DNA of 63,570 bases, filler included, from Thraustochytrium aureum (GCA_012862495.1; 6 parts of 2 records of this genome joined end to end with filler, not necessarily neighbours in it); one strand, 5' to 3'; positions 1-11,507 are shown, counted from the first letter of the whole stretch. Made by a program: numbers and translations. Notes: a model not told the origin generated them from the letters alone.

Positions 1-39
1 GGGCATTAACCAGAAAGAATGAATCTACGAAAACATATT

Positions 40-783
40 TTAAACGCGGGTGAGGGAATCGTCGCTGTTGAGGTCTGGCGGAACAAAGCGCTGCGAGAGC
101 GGCTGAAAGCTTTCGTCTTCAACTGCACCTTTGTTGGCGTAGTGGCGGTTGCAAAACACTTTCGTAAGCGCTGCACAAGCGACGCAGGCAAACGTGGTGA
201 TCACGAGAAAGCCAAGCTCGAAATCGCGCCGCGTAACGAGCCACACCACAAGAGCGTACGAGAGAATGAGCGAGTAGCGAAGTCCAACTTCGACCCAAAA
301 CGCGCGCACAAAGGGGGCGGCGAGCGAGTAGTCGGTTGGCGCGTACTGGCCCGGCTCGAGCGGGCGGCAGCGAGGGAGGGAGAAGCGTACGCCGCGCGCC
401 ATCAGCCGCCCCGCGATCATCACCGCAAATATGCAGGCGAGCGCGACGCCGTCGAGGGGCTCGTCTGCAGACCCGCCCAACTCAAACATTTCATAGGTGG
501 GGATCTTGGCCAGCAAAACAAGGCCAAGAAACCCGAACGTGCTCGCGAAGATGGCCAGGCGAACGCCAGCGCCGTACATCCTTGTTGCCCGAGTAAAGGC
601 GCGCTCCTGCCGCAGGTACACCTCCCGCTCCTGCAACGGCAGCCCGTTCCACCACTCTCGCTGCAGCTCGTACGCCGTGCAAGCTGCGCGCGTCCACAAG
701 CAAACCAGCGAGCTCTTGCCGAGCTCGTGCGCTGGGGGCAAGTCCGCCACGGAGCCCACGCGGGTGCGCCCGAAAAACCGCAT
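40..783 (-). CDS. Hypothetical multi-pass membrane protein (~247 aa)
   Basis: ORF from ATG 783 (MRFFGRTRVG...) with about 4 hydrophobic segments (LAIFASTFGFLGLVLLA, VALACIFAVMIAG, YSLILSYALVVWLV, LGFLVITTFACVACAAL). No family recognised. Confidence 0.5.
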   Translation of the reverse strand: MRFFGRTRVGSVADLPPAHELGKSSLVCLWTRAACTAYELQREWWNGLPLQEREVYLRQERAFTRATRMYGAGVRLAIFASTFGFLGLVLLAKIPTYEMFELGGSADEPLDGVALACIFAVMIAGRLMARGVRFSLPRCRPLEPGQYAPTDYSLAAPFVRAFWVEVGLRYSLILSYALVVWLVTRRDFELGFLVITTFACVACAALTKVFCNRHYANKGAVEDESFQPLSQRFVPPDLNSDDSLTRV

Positions 784-1200
784 CTTGCCCTCTGGCTGCG
801 GTGAGTATTGCTGCTCTGGCTGTCGGCGATGTTGGGGGTCTGGTGGCCGGCTCGCTGGTTGGACAAGTGGAAGGAGTGCAAGAAGTACTTTCCCCACACA
901 TGTTGCAAGTTGCAACTGGTGTCTGCGTGTGTTGTCGCAGTCGATCGGCTGGGAAACTCTCCGCATCTTTTCGTGTCGCCGGCATAAAGTAGAGCAAGCA
1001 CAACGGTGTTCATCTTTTCTCCGCTTGCTCGACACCTACTCGCTACAAGCGCCCTCCCACCTTCATTCATGGGCAACCTCACTCCAAAGCAAGCAGCACG
1101 AGCTCTTCTGCGGCCGCTGGCCAACTGCCGCCAGACCATTGCGAAGGCGCCAGGAGTGAGCACAAGCGAGCCAGCCGCAGGCCTCTGCATCGTCCCGCGA

Positions 1201-1248
<48 letters not shown>
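1201..1248. repeat. (GCTG)n tetranucleotide microsatellite
   Basis: About 12 perfect GCTG units visible directly. Confidence 0.95.
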
Positions 1249-1249
<1 letters not shown>

Positions 1250-1745
1250 GCATCGCCATCGTGAAACGTCTGTGATTCATCATTCATGAGCCACTTTTGG
1301 CACTCCAAATGAATGCGTTCTGGAGCCAGAAAAAGGTCGCCTTCCTTTTTGTTTTGGTTTTTTAAGGCGGATGAGTTAAGGAAAAAGCGCTGGTGGGTGG
1401 AAGTTGTTGTTGTTGCTGTTGATGCACGGCAGGTTGCCTGCAGACTCGCAGCAGCGCCTGCATNNNNNNNNNNNNNNNNNNNNNNNNNNNNNNNNNNNNN
1501 NNNNNNNNNNNNNNNNNNNNNNNNNNNNNNNNNNNNNNNNNNNNNNNNNNNNNNNNNNNNNNNNNNNNNNNNNNNNNNNNNNNNNNNNNNNNNNNNNNNN
1601 NNNNNNNNNNNNNNNNNNNNNNNNNNNNNNNNNNNNNNNNNNNNNNNNNNNNNNNNNNNNNNNNNNNNNNNNNNNNNNNNNNNNNNNNNNNNNNNNTACG
1701 GGACAGCAGTTGCAGCAGCCGTGCAGCCGCAGCGGGGTCGGCAAG

Positions 1746-3807
1746 ATGGTGGCCGCACACAACTTCAAGCAGATCAGGCCCGTGCCGAGCGCCAGCGACT
1801 TTGTTGACATCGTGCTGAGCAAGACCCAGCGCAAGACGCCCACCGTGGTGCACCAAGGATATGCGATCGGTCGTATTCGCGCGTTCTACATGCGCAAGGT
1901 CAAGTTCACCCAAGAGGCCTTTTGCGAGAAGCTGAGCTGGATCCTCGACGACTTTCCCAAGCTGGACGACATCCATCCCTTCCTCTCCGATTTGTGCAAC
2001 GTGCTGTACGACCGCGACCACTACAAGCTGGCGCTGGGCCAGCTCAACATTTGCAAAAACCTGATCGCCACCATCTCCAAAGACTATGTGCGACTGCTCA
2101 AGTACGGTGACTCGCTGTACCGCTGCAAGCAGCTCAAGCGCGCCGCGCTGGGCCGCATGGCCACTTTGCTGAAAAAGCACAAGAGCTCGCTGGGCTACCT
2201 GGAGGAGGTGCGCAAGCACCTCAGCCGGCTCCCCGCGATCGACCCCAACACGCGCACCCTGCTGATCACGGGGTACCCCAACGTGGGCAAGTCGAGCTTC
2301 ATGAACAAGGTTACGCGCGCCGACGTCGAGGTCCAGCCGTACGCGTTCACCACAAAGTCGCTCTATGTGGGCCACATGGACCACCAGTACCTGCGCTGGC
2401 AGGTCATCGACACGCCCGGCATCCTCGACAAGCCGCTCGAGGAGCGCAACACGATCGAAATGCAGGCCATCACGGCGCTGGCCCACCTTCAGTGCTGCGT
2501 GCTCTACTTTGTCGACCTTTCCGAGCAGTGCGGCTGGACAATCGAGCAGCAGGTCGCCCTCTTCGAAAACATCCGCCCCCTCTTCGCCAACAAGCCGCTC
2601 GTGATCGTCGCCAACAAGATCGACGTCGCGCCCTGGGAGGGTCTCGCCGAGCACCACCGCACCATGCTCGAGGACATGGCCAAGGGGCGCCGGCGCCGAG
2701 CTGATGACCATGAGCGCCGCCGCCGAATTCAACTTGAACGAGGTCAAGCAGCGCGCATGCGAGCTGCTCCTCGAGCGCCGCGTCGAGGTCAAGACCAAGT
2801 CGAAGAAACTGGACAACGTGCTCAACCGCCTCACCGTGGCCGTGCCGCAGAGCCGCGACGGCAAGGAGCGCCCTGCCTTTGTGCCCGAGGGCGTGTACGA
2901 GGCGCGTGCCGCCAAGGCCGCCGCCGCCGCCGCGCGCGCCGAGCAGGACGGAGACGCCGCCATGGACCTGGGCGACGAGGACAAGCCGAGGCGCAAGCTC
3001 GAGATCGACCTCCAGTGGGAGGAGGGCGGCCCCGGCGTCTACTCTGTCGACTACCGCAAGTGGTACCAGCTGCGTAAGGAGGAGCACCGCTACGACGCCA
3101 TCCCCGAGATCATGGACGGGAAAAACATCTACGACTTTGTGGACCCGGACATCATGGAAAAGCTCGAGGCGCTCGAAAAGGAGGAGGACGAGCGCGCCGC
3201 GCGCGAGCTCGCCGAACTCGAGGCGCACGAGAACGCCACCTCGGACCTGGACGAGGAGGAGAAGTACTTTGCCAGCAAGATCCGCCAGAAGAAAAAGCTC
3301 TTGGTGAACCGCCACCGCGCCGAGAAGGGCAAGAACCGGCCCAACATCATGAAGAAGTTCGAGCAAAGCCGCAAGTCGCAGAGCCAGCTCAAGGCCGAGC
3401 TCGAGGAGATCGGCTACGACTCGACCAAGGTGGAGATGCAGCGCGGCCGCAAGCGCGAGCGCTCCGTGGGCCCAGAGTCGCGGTCCGCCTCCGCAGGCGC
3501 CGACCGTGCCAAGTCGCTCTCCGCCGTCGAGTCCGCCAAACTCGAAAAGAAGGCGCGCGACTCCTCGCGCGCGCGCAGCTCCTCGCGGGCCCGCTCGCTC
3601 TCCCGCGCGGCCACAGTGACCGACCGCAACTCGCGCGGCCTCAGCACGGCAACGCTGCGCGTGGCGGCCAACAAGAAGATGAAGCGCGCGCAGAGCCGCA
3701 TCCAGCGCGACGGCAAGGCCGGCGAGGCCGACAACAAGGTGCTCACAAAGATGCCCAAGCACCTCTTCAGCGGCAAGCGTGGCAGCGGCTCCACGGACCG
3801 TCGTTAG
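1746..3807 (+). CDS. NOG1: Nucleolar GTP-binding protein 1 (NOG1/GTPBP4), one apparent frameshift at GGGG 2684-2687
   Basis: N-terminal [20 protein letters not shown]1 [20 protein letters not shown]3 DTPG, G4 NKID. Continues in the next frame with NOGCT-like GVYSVDY...[20 protein letters not shown] and the C-terminus [18 protein letters not shown]. Confidence 0.96.
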
Positions 3808-3896
3808 ACACTCTCAGAACGCGCCGCGCGCGCACGAGCCCGTTTTGTGTAAAAAGTTCAAGAAAAGAAGACAATTCAATTGGTTCGAAGCGCCAT

Positions 3897-4778
3897 TCAC
3901 TCCGCTTTCTTGGCCGCCACGTCCTCCGGCCGCGGCTTTAGGGCCAGACCGTAGATTGCCGGAGTAGCCGCCGTGATGGCGCAGAGGAGGGCCACCTGCG
4001 TGCGCCGCACCGCGACAAGGCCAGGCAGGACCTCGAGCAATACCTCCGCAAGCCTCGAGAATGCGAATGGCCCTGCCACAAACAGCACGCGCGCCGGCCA
4101 GCTCTTGAACGCACTGTAAATGTACTCGCCAGGGACCGCCGTGATGTTGCCAAGCGTAGTTACGTCCAGGGGCGCCTGTCCTGGCGGCACGGGGTCTGGC
4201 AAGGCTATGCCGAAGAGCGCAAGAGTGTGCGGCGCAGCGCGCCGGCTCCGGACCCCAGTCGCGAACGCCAAGTACAGGGCGCAGAGGCCGAGCGGCACCA
4301 CGAGGCCCCACACTGTCGCCTCTGCGTCTACAAGTGCTGTGCCATCGTCCGGCTTGCCAAAGACCGTGTCGTGCAGCGCTGCCTGCCCAAACAGCCACAC
4401 GGCGTTAATGACGTGCTTGTGCACGCTGGACGCGCTCAGCACGCTCAGCGCCTTCTCCAGCCCCAGCACCCGCCTCGGCAAGATCAGCAAGCAAAACGTC
4501 ACATCCACGTGCAGCGTGATCGTCGCCGCAAGCCGCAGCACCGCACGACGAGCGTGCGCCACGGTTGGCGACCGGCCTGCGGCGGCCACGTCCGCCGCCG
4601 CCAGGGCATGAAACACCAAATTCACCACCACGGCCCAATGCGTAAACTTGGCCTTCCACGCGCCCTTCTGCCACCCATAAAACCTCACGAGATCCAGGTG
4701 CAGCGTCCACGCCGAGTACGCCAGCGTCACAGCAGTCCACGCCGCCAGCACGGCGTAGTCTCCGTTGACGCCCTCCAT
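3897..4778 (-). CDS. Multi-pass membrane protein, FAR-17a/AIG1/ADTRP-like
   Basis: Several TM segments. KAKFTHWAVVVNLVF resembles the AIG1 FLT motif and SSVHKHVINAVWL resembles the AIG1 H..H motif. Family match is by eye. Confidence 0.5.
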   Translation of the reverse strand: MEGVNGDYAVLAAWTAVTLAYSAWTLHLDLVRFYGWQKGAWKAKFTHWAVVVNLVFHALAAADVAAAGRSPTVAHARRAVLRLAATITLHVDVTFCLLILPRRVLGLEKALSVLSASSVHKHVINAVWLFGQAALHDTVFGKPDDGTALVDAEATVWGLVVPLGLCALYLAFATGVRSRRAAPHTLALFGIALPDPVPPGQAPLDVTTLGNITAVPGEYIYSAFKSWPARVLFVAGPFAFSRLAEVLLEVLPGLVAVRRTQVALLCAITAATPAIYGLALKPRPEDVAAKKAE

Positions 4779-5687
4779 AACCCACACGAGAACTCGAGCA
4801 AGAACGACACCGGCAGATTTACCAACAGGAACACCGCCTGCAGCTCAACGACGAGAACCAGCGCCAGGCCCGCTGCAACCAGAGGCCCCGCGCGGCCACG
4901 GCGCCGCTCACTTGCTGCCAGTCTGCGACGGAGGAGTACTGGTAGCCGTGTCCGATCCAAACGCACCTAACGGTCCAACCGTGGATGCTCGATCATCGAC
5001 GAGCGATCCAGCAGCGTCGAGGTTGCAGAGAACGAAAGGATGGTCGAAAGCGGCACCGACCCGGTCCACATCCATGCGCGCTCCCTTGCTTTCGAGAATA
5101 CGTCGCGAGACAGAACGTTTGCGGTGAACCTCCACGCAAGGGCCACGCCCATAGGGAAGAGTTAGCGCCACCGCGAGTCTTTTTCCCCGCGTATTGCGGT
5201 TGTGGAGCAGCCATTGATCGTTTTAAATAATCGTGCCGGCCCGTACCAAGGCTAGGACGCGGTGCGCTACTCGAGTACTTGAGAACTACGTTCGCTAATC
5301 GAGTGCACTCTAGAGAGTACTCCGTACCGAAGAGGGTCGGTCCCCAAACCCAGGTTGTCACCAGCGGCCCAAAGTGCNNNNNNNNNNNNNNNNNNNNNNN
5401 NNNNNNNNNNNNNNNNNNNNNNNNNNNNNNNNNNNNNNNNNNNNNNNNNNNNNNNNNNNNNNNNNNNNNNNNNNNNNNNNNNNNNNNNNNNNNNNNNNNN
5501 NNNNNNNNNNNNNNNNNNNNNNNNNNNNNNNNNNNNNNNNNNNNNNNNNNNNNNNNNNNNNNNNNNNNNNNNNNNNNNNNNNNNNNNNNNNNNNNNNNNN
5601 NNNNNNNNNNNNNNNNNNNNNNNNNNNNNNNNNNNNNNNNNNNNNNNNNNNNNNNNNNNNNNNNNNNNNNNNNNNNNNNNNNNNNNC

Positions 5688-5748
5688 TTCCTAGTCATAG
5701 CGGGCTGCGACTTCCTAGTCATAGCGGGCTGCGACTTCCTAGTCACAG
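5688..5748. repeat. 24-nt tandem repeat (CTTCCTAGTCATAGCGGGCTGCGA), at least 2.5 copies, next to a gap
   Basis: Visible directly. The array probably continues into the adjacent N gap. Confidence 0.85.
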
Positions 5749-6556
5749 CGGACTGCTCTCTCTCTAGCTCTAGAGCTAGCTCGAGAGAGAGAGCGAGCCC
5801 GAGAGGGCCAGGTCAACGTCTCGAGGATCTGGATGACACCTGCGCCCAGATCGTTCAACCCCTTGCGGGCAAAACGACGAGCTAAACTTGAGACTCGTCT
5901 GCGGTCCGAGCGGACCCATCCGCCGCAATGGGGACCCAAGCGTGAGTGATAAGATAACGTACTCTACTCTAGAGTACTCGAGTACGAATGAATACCATAG
6001 GTAGGCACCATCGGCGCCAAAGAGCTTTGCACAAGACCGCGTCATGCTCCTCGGCCCGCCAGCAAGTTTGTGCACAACAAGGGTGTTGGCAGCCTGCGCT
6101 TCGGGGCAAGGAATGGACGACGGCCGCCTCGTGCCGTGCCGGTAGCCTCATGCGCCGGACGCCACGAGCCGCATGCCACAGCAGGCACGAGCCGCATGCC
6201 ACAGCAGGCAAAACCTGGCGTCCTCGTGCGTCGGATCATCCCAGCGCACGATCAATGAGCGAGCACGTCGAGCGGGTTCGGAGGTTTTACGTCGCTTTCA
6301 AGTTACAGCGTGAGGGCGCGAGGCAGAGCCACACAACGTCGAGGTCGTCGTCGTTGACCAAGGAAGCGCAGCAGACCCCATTCGACGGCCTTCCTTCCCG
6401 CGTCGGGACGGAGAGCAGCTGGACGCGCCCGCTCGCCCGCTCGCCCGCTCGCACGTACGCTCGCACGTACGCTCGCTCGCTCGCTCGCACGCACGCACGC
6501 ACGCACGCACGGACGGACGTGGTTGGTTTTGTTCTGGGCTGGTGAGGAGACCGGGG

Positions 6557-7505
6557 ATGGCGACGAGCACGAGCGGGGACGGCGCCGAGGCCGCTGGCCA
6601 GAATGCGTACAAGCGGGTTCAGTACGCGGTGCTCGGACGCGAAGGAATCGAGTTCAAGATGGGGCCGAACAAGAGACGGGGCGAGATCTCGGAGAGGGAC
6701 GACCCGGACACCCGGTTCGAGCCGAACAAGGTGGCCGAGGTGAATGACTTTGAGTACTGCTCGGGGGACGGGTCCAAGGTGGCGCTGCTACGCAGCAGCG
6801 GGTTTTGCGTGATGGACACCGACTCGGGCAAGCTTGTGTGCGAGGTCAGCCGCGAGGGCATCTACCGCGTCGCCTTCTCGCCGCTCGGGACCTTTCTGCT
6901 GAGCTGGGAGCGACACAAAGGCGGGGATGAGGGCAACTTGATCGTGTGGCGCGTGAGCGACGGCGCGATCGTGTTTCGCGCCGTGGAGAAAAACCTGCTC
7001 AACACGACCTGGCCCTCTGTCAAGTGGTCGGACGACGAGCTCGTCGCTGCGCATATGGTCACAAACACGGTGCACATCTACGACGGTGTCGACTTCTCGA
7101 AGTCGCACACCAAGGTACGTTCTCGTCGCGTCGCGAAGCCGTGTGCTTTTGCGGCCGTGCTTGCTGGGCCGCTTGCAGTGCAATGAGGAAACCACAAAGC
7201 AACATCTCGTCACTACTGATGAGCCACTGGCCGTGATATAACGTTGCGATCATTTACAACTCCCGAGCACTGCAGCGCCCGCGCGTATTGCCGACTGGCT
7301 TGAAGAAAGGAAAAAAAATCCACACACAGCCCGCCAACCAGACGGCCCAGGCAGCCCGCTAACGCCCGCCCGCTCAACGCACACCCGCAGCTCCGCAGCG
7401 AGGGCCTCACGCAGTTCGCCATCACAAAGCGTCCCGGCGAGCCCACCGCGGAAAACCCACTCAGGATCGCCACCTTCAAGCCGGAAATCAAGTCGAGCCC
7501 TGCGA
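6557..7505 (+). CDS. EIF2A: Eukaryotic translation initiation factor 2A, 5' part (exons 6557-7114 and 7391-7505; truncated at scaffold end)
   Basis: AFSPLGTFLLSWE...GNLIVW...WPSVKWSDDE...VTNTVHIYD. GTACGT donor at 7115, CTAAC branch near 7358, CAG acceptor at 7390. Exon 2 reads LRSEGLTQFAIT...IATFKPEIKSSPA. Confidence 0.85.
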
Positions 7506-7605
7506 NNNNNNNNNNNNNNNNNNNNNNNNNNNNNNNNNNNNNNNNNNNNTTAATTAATTAANNNNNNNNNNNNNNNNNNNNNNNNNNNNNNNNNNNNNNN
7601 NNNNN
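7506..7605. other. Artificial scaffold-joining linker N44-TTAATTAATTAA-N44
   Basis: Six-frame stop palindrome inside Ns, 100 nt in total. Confidence 0.97.
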
Positions 7606-7675
7606 GCTGGAAGCTACTAGAGTAGAAACGCAAAGCTGGATCGTTGCTTGCTGTGGTATTTCAGTGCTAAGTACA

Positions 7676-8863
7676 TCATGGTGAGGGCGCGGGTGCCGGT
7701 GCCGGCACGTCGTCAACCTCCACTGCGGCGCTGCCCTTGTCAAGTGCATCGGCAGCGACCAAAGTAGCGGCAGCCAACTCGGCCTGCGCCTGGACGAGAT
7801 TCAAAAGCCTGAGCGCGTTCTCGCTCATCAACTTCCCCAGCGTGGCCTCTCCGAGAAAAGCGAGGTCATTCACCATGTACTTGCCACCTGCTCCCGTCCC
7901 AAGTGGGTACGGGTAGTCTGATCCAAAAACGACATTGTCCTCCGACATGATCTTGAGGAGGTACTCCGTCGCGTCTTGGCTGTGCACAATCGAATCACAG
8001 AAAAACTTGCCCTTGAACGCAGACACAGCGAGCTTTTCGCTGGCCTGCCGCAGTGACTCTGAAGCCGCCATTCGCATGCCCTGCTCCACTTGGCCACGCA
8101 CGAGCGGAAAAGTCCCTCCGCCGTGTGCAAAGCAGACTCGGAGCTTTGGAAAGCTCGCAATAAGTCCTCCTGTGAGAAAGCTGGTCACCGAGTGGCACAT
8201 CTCTGCACTTGAGCCGACGAGGCGCGCCATAGCAAAGTCGTCGTCATTGTCGTCGCTGCGCTCGAGGACCTGGTTGGGGTGGACAAAGACGAGCGCTCCC
8301 ATCTCTTCGGCAGCTTCCCAGAAGGGAATCAGCTCTGGAGACGCGAGGCTCCACTCGTTGATGTGCGTTCCAACCACCACGCCGGCAAATTTGAGTTCGG
8401 TTATGCACCGGATCAGCTCCGACACGGCTAGCTCCGGCGCTTGCATGGGGACCGTCCCGAGGCCGACAAAGCGGTCAGGAAACGCCTTGATCTGCTCGGC
8501 CATGTCGTTGTTCAGGATGCGCGCCAGGTCGGCGGCGTCGTCGCCCTTGGCCCAGTACGCGAACATCGCTGGGATGGTTGACAGGACTTGCACGTCGACG
8601 CCGGCTTCGTCCATGTCGACGAGTCGCGCCCGCACGTCCCAAGACTGCGGCGTGATCTCCATCACGCACTCGGATTCGTACATCAGGCGGGCGTTGCCAG
8701 GCTGCGAGACCTGGCTCTCGTCGTGGTCGATAGACACAAACCCGTTGTATCCATACCTGCGCGAAAAGTCGGGCCACTGCTTCGGCAGCAGGTGCGTGTG
8801 GATGTCAACCACTTGGCTGCGCCCAGGCGCGGCCGGCTCCGCAGCGAGGCTTCCCGCATCCAT
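7676..8863 (-). CDS. ACMSD-like amidohydrolase_2 family protein (divergent active site)
   Basis: DIHTHLLPKQWPD, VQVLSTIPAMFAYWAK, RFVGLGTVPMQAPELAV, FVHP, CFAHGGG and GSDYPYPLG are collinear with aminocarboxymuconate semialdehyde decarboxylase. Confidence 0.9.
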   Translation of the reverse strand: MDAGSLAAEPAAPGRSQVVDIHTHLLPKQWPDFSRRYGYNGFVSIDHDESQVSQPGNARLMYESECVMEITPQSWDVRARLVDMDEAGVDVQVLSTIPAMFAYWAKGDDAADLARILNNDMAEQIKAFPDRFVGLGTVPMQAPELAVSELIRCITELKFAGVVVGTHINEWSLASPELIPFWEAAEEMGALVFVHPNQVLERSDDNDDDFAMARLVGSSAEMCHSVTSFLTGGLIASFPKLRVCFAHGGGTFPLVRGQVEQGMRMAASESLRQASEKLAVSAFKGKFFCDSIVHSQDATEYLLKIMSEDNVVFGSDYPYPLGTGAGGKYMVNDLAFLGEATLGKLMSENALRLLNLVQAQAELAAATLVAADALDKGSAAVEVDDVPAPAPAPSP

Positions 8864-9672
8864 CCCCAGTCTGAGCCTGGCGCCGAACGCAGCAGGCCCC
8901 TCCGGCGTAGGTGTCTCGGGGTCGCGCGCGCGCGACAGCTCCGCCCTTCGCGCAGCCCAGCGCCAATCGGCACGCGGGTGGAAGCGTGGGCGAGTACGCG
9001 CGCAGGCAGGCAGCCAGGCAGGCAGGCGCTCAGCCAGGCCTGTGGGTGCCGGCCGGGTGCGCGAAAATGCCCGATCCCGCGGCGCGCCAGCCAGGCCCGC
9101 GGCGCCGCGCAGGAGCGAACGAGCGAGCGACCAACCGAGCGACCGAGCGACCGACCGAGCGACCGAGCGAAGGAACGACCTCAGGCGCGAGCGGAGCGAG
9201 CACGAGCTGCCTCGAGGGACTGCGCTGAAGCCCTTTTCTTTCCTCCGAATCGCGCAGAGGAAGTATCGAGGGGAGGCAGACACGGGCCCGCACGAGTCTG
9301 CCTGGGTCGCCGATGTGGCCGCCGACCTGCTGGTGGTCCTGGCCCCGCTGCCGAGCGAGCCGTTGGGGAACGGATGCGGGCTGGGCATGGGCGCGGCGTG
9401 GATGCTGGCGCGGGCCTGCTCGTACTTGGCGCGAGGATGGCCTCGCGGAAGGCCCTCCTCGCTCGATACGACGCCTCGCTTTTGCTTGCTTGTCCAGCTT
9501 TGATGTCCCTCTCTCGCGCCGGCGCGCTGGCTGGCTGGCCGCATGCAACGCGCGATTGGGCTGCGGGTGGGATGCGGGTGGAAGCGGGCAGGCTGCCACG
9601 CTCGGGAACGACGGCAAGCAGAATGGGTGCGATTAGAAAGCTTGCGGAGCTAGGGCTAGTAGTGCACCGCCC

Positions 9673-10843
9673 TCAGACGAGAACGTCGTGGATGTAGAGC
9701 TTGTGATCAGGCCGCTCGATCCACTCGCACATCACGCGGCCGCCTGGCGCTATGTCAGCAGAGCGGCAGGCTCGTGGGAGCTCGTAGTTGAGGCAGCAAA
9801 AGTCGATCGCGGCAAGACGGCAGATTTTCTGCAGCGTGCGCGGCTGCAGCGCGGTTACGTTGAACCGGCGCGGGTACGAGCGGCCGCGGATAACAACGGG
9901 CTTTGGGGCGCCAACCTTTGCTGCCAAGTCTGTGAGCGCAGTTGTAAGGTCGTGGGTGTCAAAGGCGAGGTCGATATGGACCATCCGATCCGTTCTCGAG
10001 TCCCAGAGCTGCGGCATCTGGATGTTGAGGTGGTTGTCGAAAACTATGCGGCCGTCATAGTCCTCCACAAAGATCTCAAATGCGTTGGTCAGCGTGCGCA
10101 CGCCCTCCTCCGTGTCGAAGAGGGCTTTGTAATCCTTGTAGTGGAACCCCTTGAAAGGCTCCATGAACCTGCGGTACTGCGCGGGGATCGCATTCTGGAT
10201 CTCTAGCTTGCGCACAAAAGCCTCGTCGTAGCTGGCATAGAATCGCGACAGCGGGTTGCGCACCGTGACGGTTTTGAGGTAAGAGGGATCCTGCCAAAGC
10301 GTCCGGCACGCGCGGGGCCCTTCTTCGACAGCCTCGAAAGCTGTGGTGTCCTTCATAACATGCCTCCCTGTGGACGAACCGCTTTTGGGGATCATCATGT
10401 ACAGCACCTTGTACTTTTCCGACTTGGTGCACATGTTGGTGTCCAGGTGGTACCTGGTCTTGTCCACGTAGCACTTGGAGACCGCCTCGGTGCGGGAGAG
10501 CTTGAGCGAGCCCGACTCAAAACGCGTCCCGTGCTTTGGCACGTCTCCGCCAGGCTCGCTTTCCAGCTCTGCTTCGCCCTGCAGCGCGTACACTAGCTTG
10601 GCCTCCTCCTCCTTGGCAGTCACGGCACTGGCCTGCCCCGCGGCATCTGGCCCAACCCAGTTGGGGGAGCTTAATCCCCAACGCGCTGCTCGCCTCATGA
10701 AACATGGCCACATGGAGCACCGTCAGCAGCGCCACGACGGTCACCCCAGCCACATATAGCCTCACGCCGCTCCCGCCGCGCTTCGTCTGCATCGACGACG
10801 CATTGCCAAAGGCCGCCGAGGCCGGGTGATGATACACCTCCAT
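9673..10843 (-). CDS. Type II membrane carbohydrate sulfotransferase (Sulfotransfer_2-like), frameshift near G5 at 10663-10667
   Basis: N-terminal signal anchor (LYVAGVTVVALLTVLHVAMF) in one frame. 5'-PSB IPKSGSST, 3'-PB VRNPLSRFYASY and FDNHLNIQ in the other. Confidence 0.85.
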
Positions 10844-10907
10844 CCCCTCTGCTCTTCAGCGCCCACTCCTTATTGCGGACGGCGCTCTCCTCAGGTCCGG
10901 CGCGACC

Positions 10908-11115
10908 CTCGTGAGCGACCTCGCCAGCGCGATGGAAAGATAGATGGATGCAATGGATGGACGGACGGATGACCTGCCCGCGGTCCGCGTGAGCGACCTC
11001 GCAAACCGATCCCCGCGGTCCTCGTGCTCCCAATGGATGGACGGATGAACCGCCCGCGGTTCACGCGAGCGCCCGCGCCAACGCGATGGATGCCAAACGA
11101 CCCGCCCGCGGTCCA
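10908..11115. repeat. Degenerate repeat cluster (CCCGCGGTCC cores, GTGAGCGACCTCGC x2, GATGGATG) upstream of the sulfotransferase
   Basis: Four CCCGCGGT(C/T)C cores and two GTGAGCGACCTCGC copies visible. Confidence 0.6.
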
Positions 11116-11507
11116 CCTGCACGCAATAGTTCGACGCCCGCCACGCGGAGAGCGACCCCCACCACGCCGGGATGATGATCCGCCCACGGCCAGAGCGAGC
11201 CGGCCGCTACCGCCGATGCGCCTGAGCTCTCCAGCCAGCGCGCGTCCAGGCCGATGGACGAAGCGCCAGCGGTCTGCGCGCCCTCCGCAGGGGCACCGGC
11301 AGCGCGTCCGGGGTCTGTCGTGGGGCTGGCTGGCTCCACTGTCCAGCTCGCCAAGAATCCGCGCACGTGGCCGCCATCCTCTCCGCGCTCAGCCCGATCA
11401 GCTTCCTCGGCGGCGCGGCTGGCTGGCAGGCTGGCTGGCTGGCTGGCGGCGCGGCTGGCTGCGTTGCGGGGCCTTGCGCGCTGGCGCGCTGGGAGGCGGC
11501 GGGATTG

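Noticed and set aside
2684..2687. Frameshifts in NOG1, LeuRS, RhoGAP, the C2H2 factor, the sulfotransferase and others as programmed frameshifting or pseudogenes
   Set aside because: They hit essential genes that are otherwise intact, go in both directions, mostly sit in homopolymers and share no slippery motif. Sequencing indel errors are far more likely.
5688..5748. 24-nt repeats as a CRISPR array
   Set aside because: The units are contiguous with no unique spacers.
7550..7561. Repeated TTAATTAATTAA palindrome as a biological element (e.g. piggyBac TTAA site)
   Set aside because: All five copies are centred in identical 44+44 N padding. It is an artificial six-frame-stop linker, so gene neighbourhood across it means nothing.
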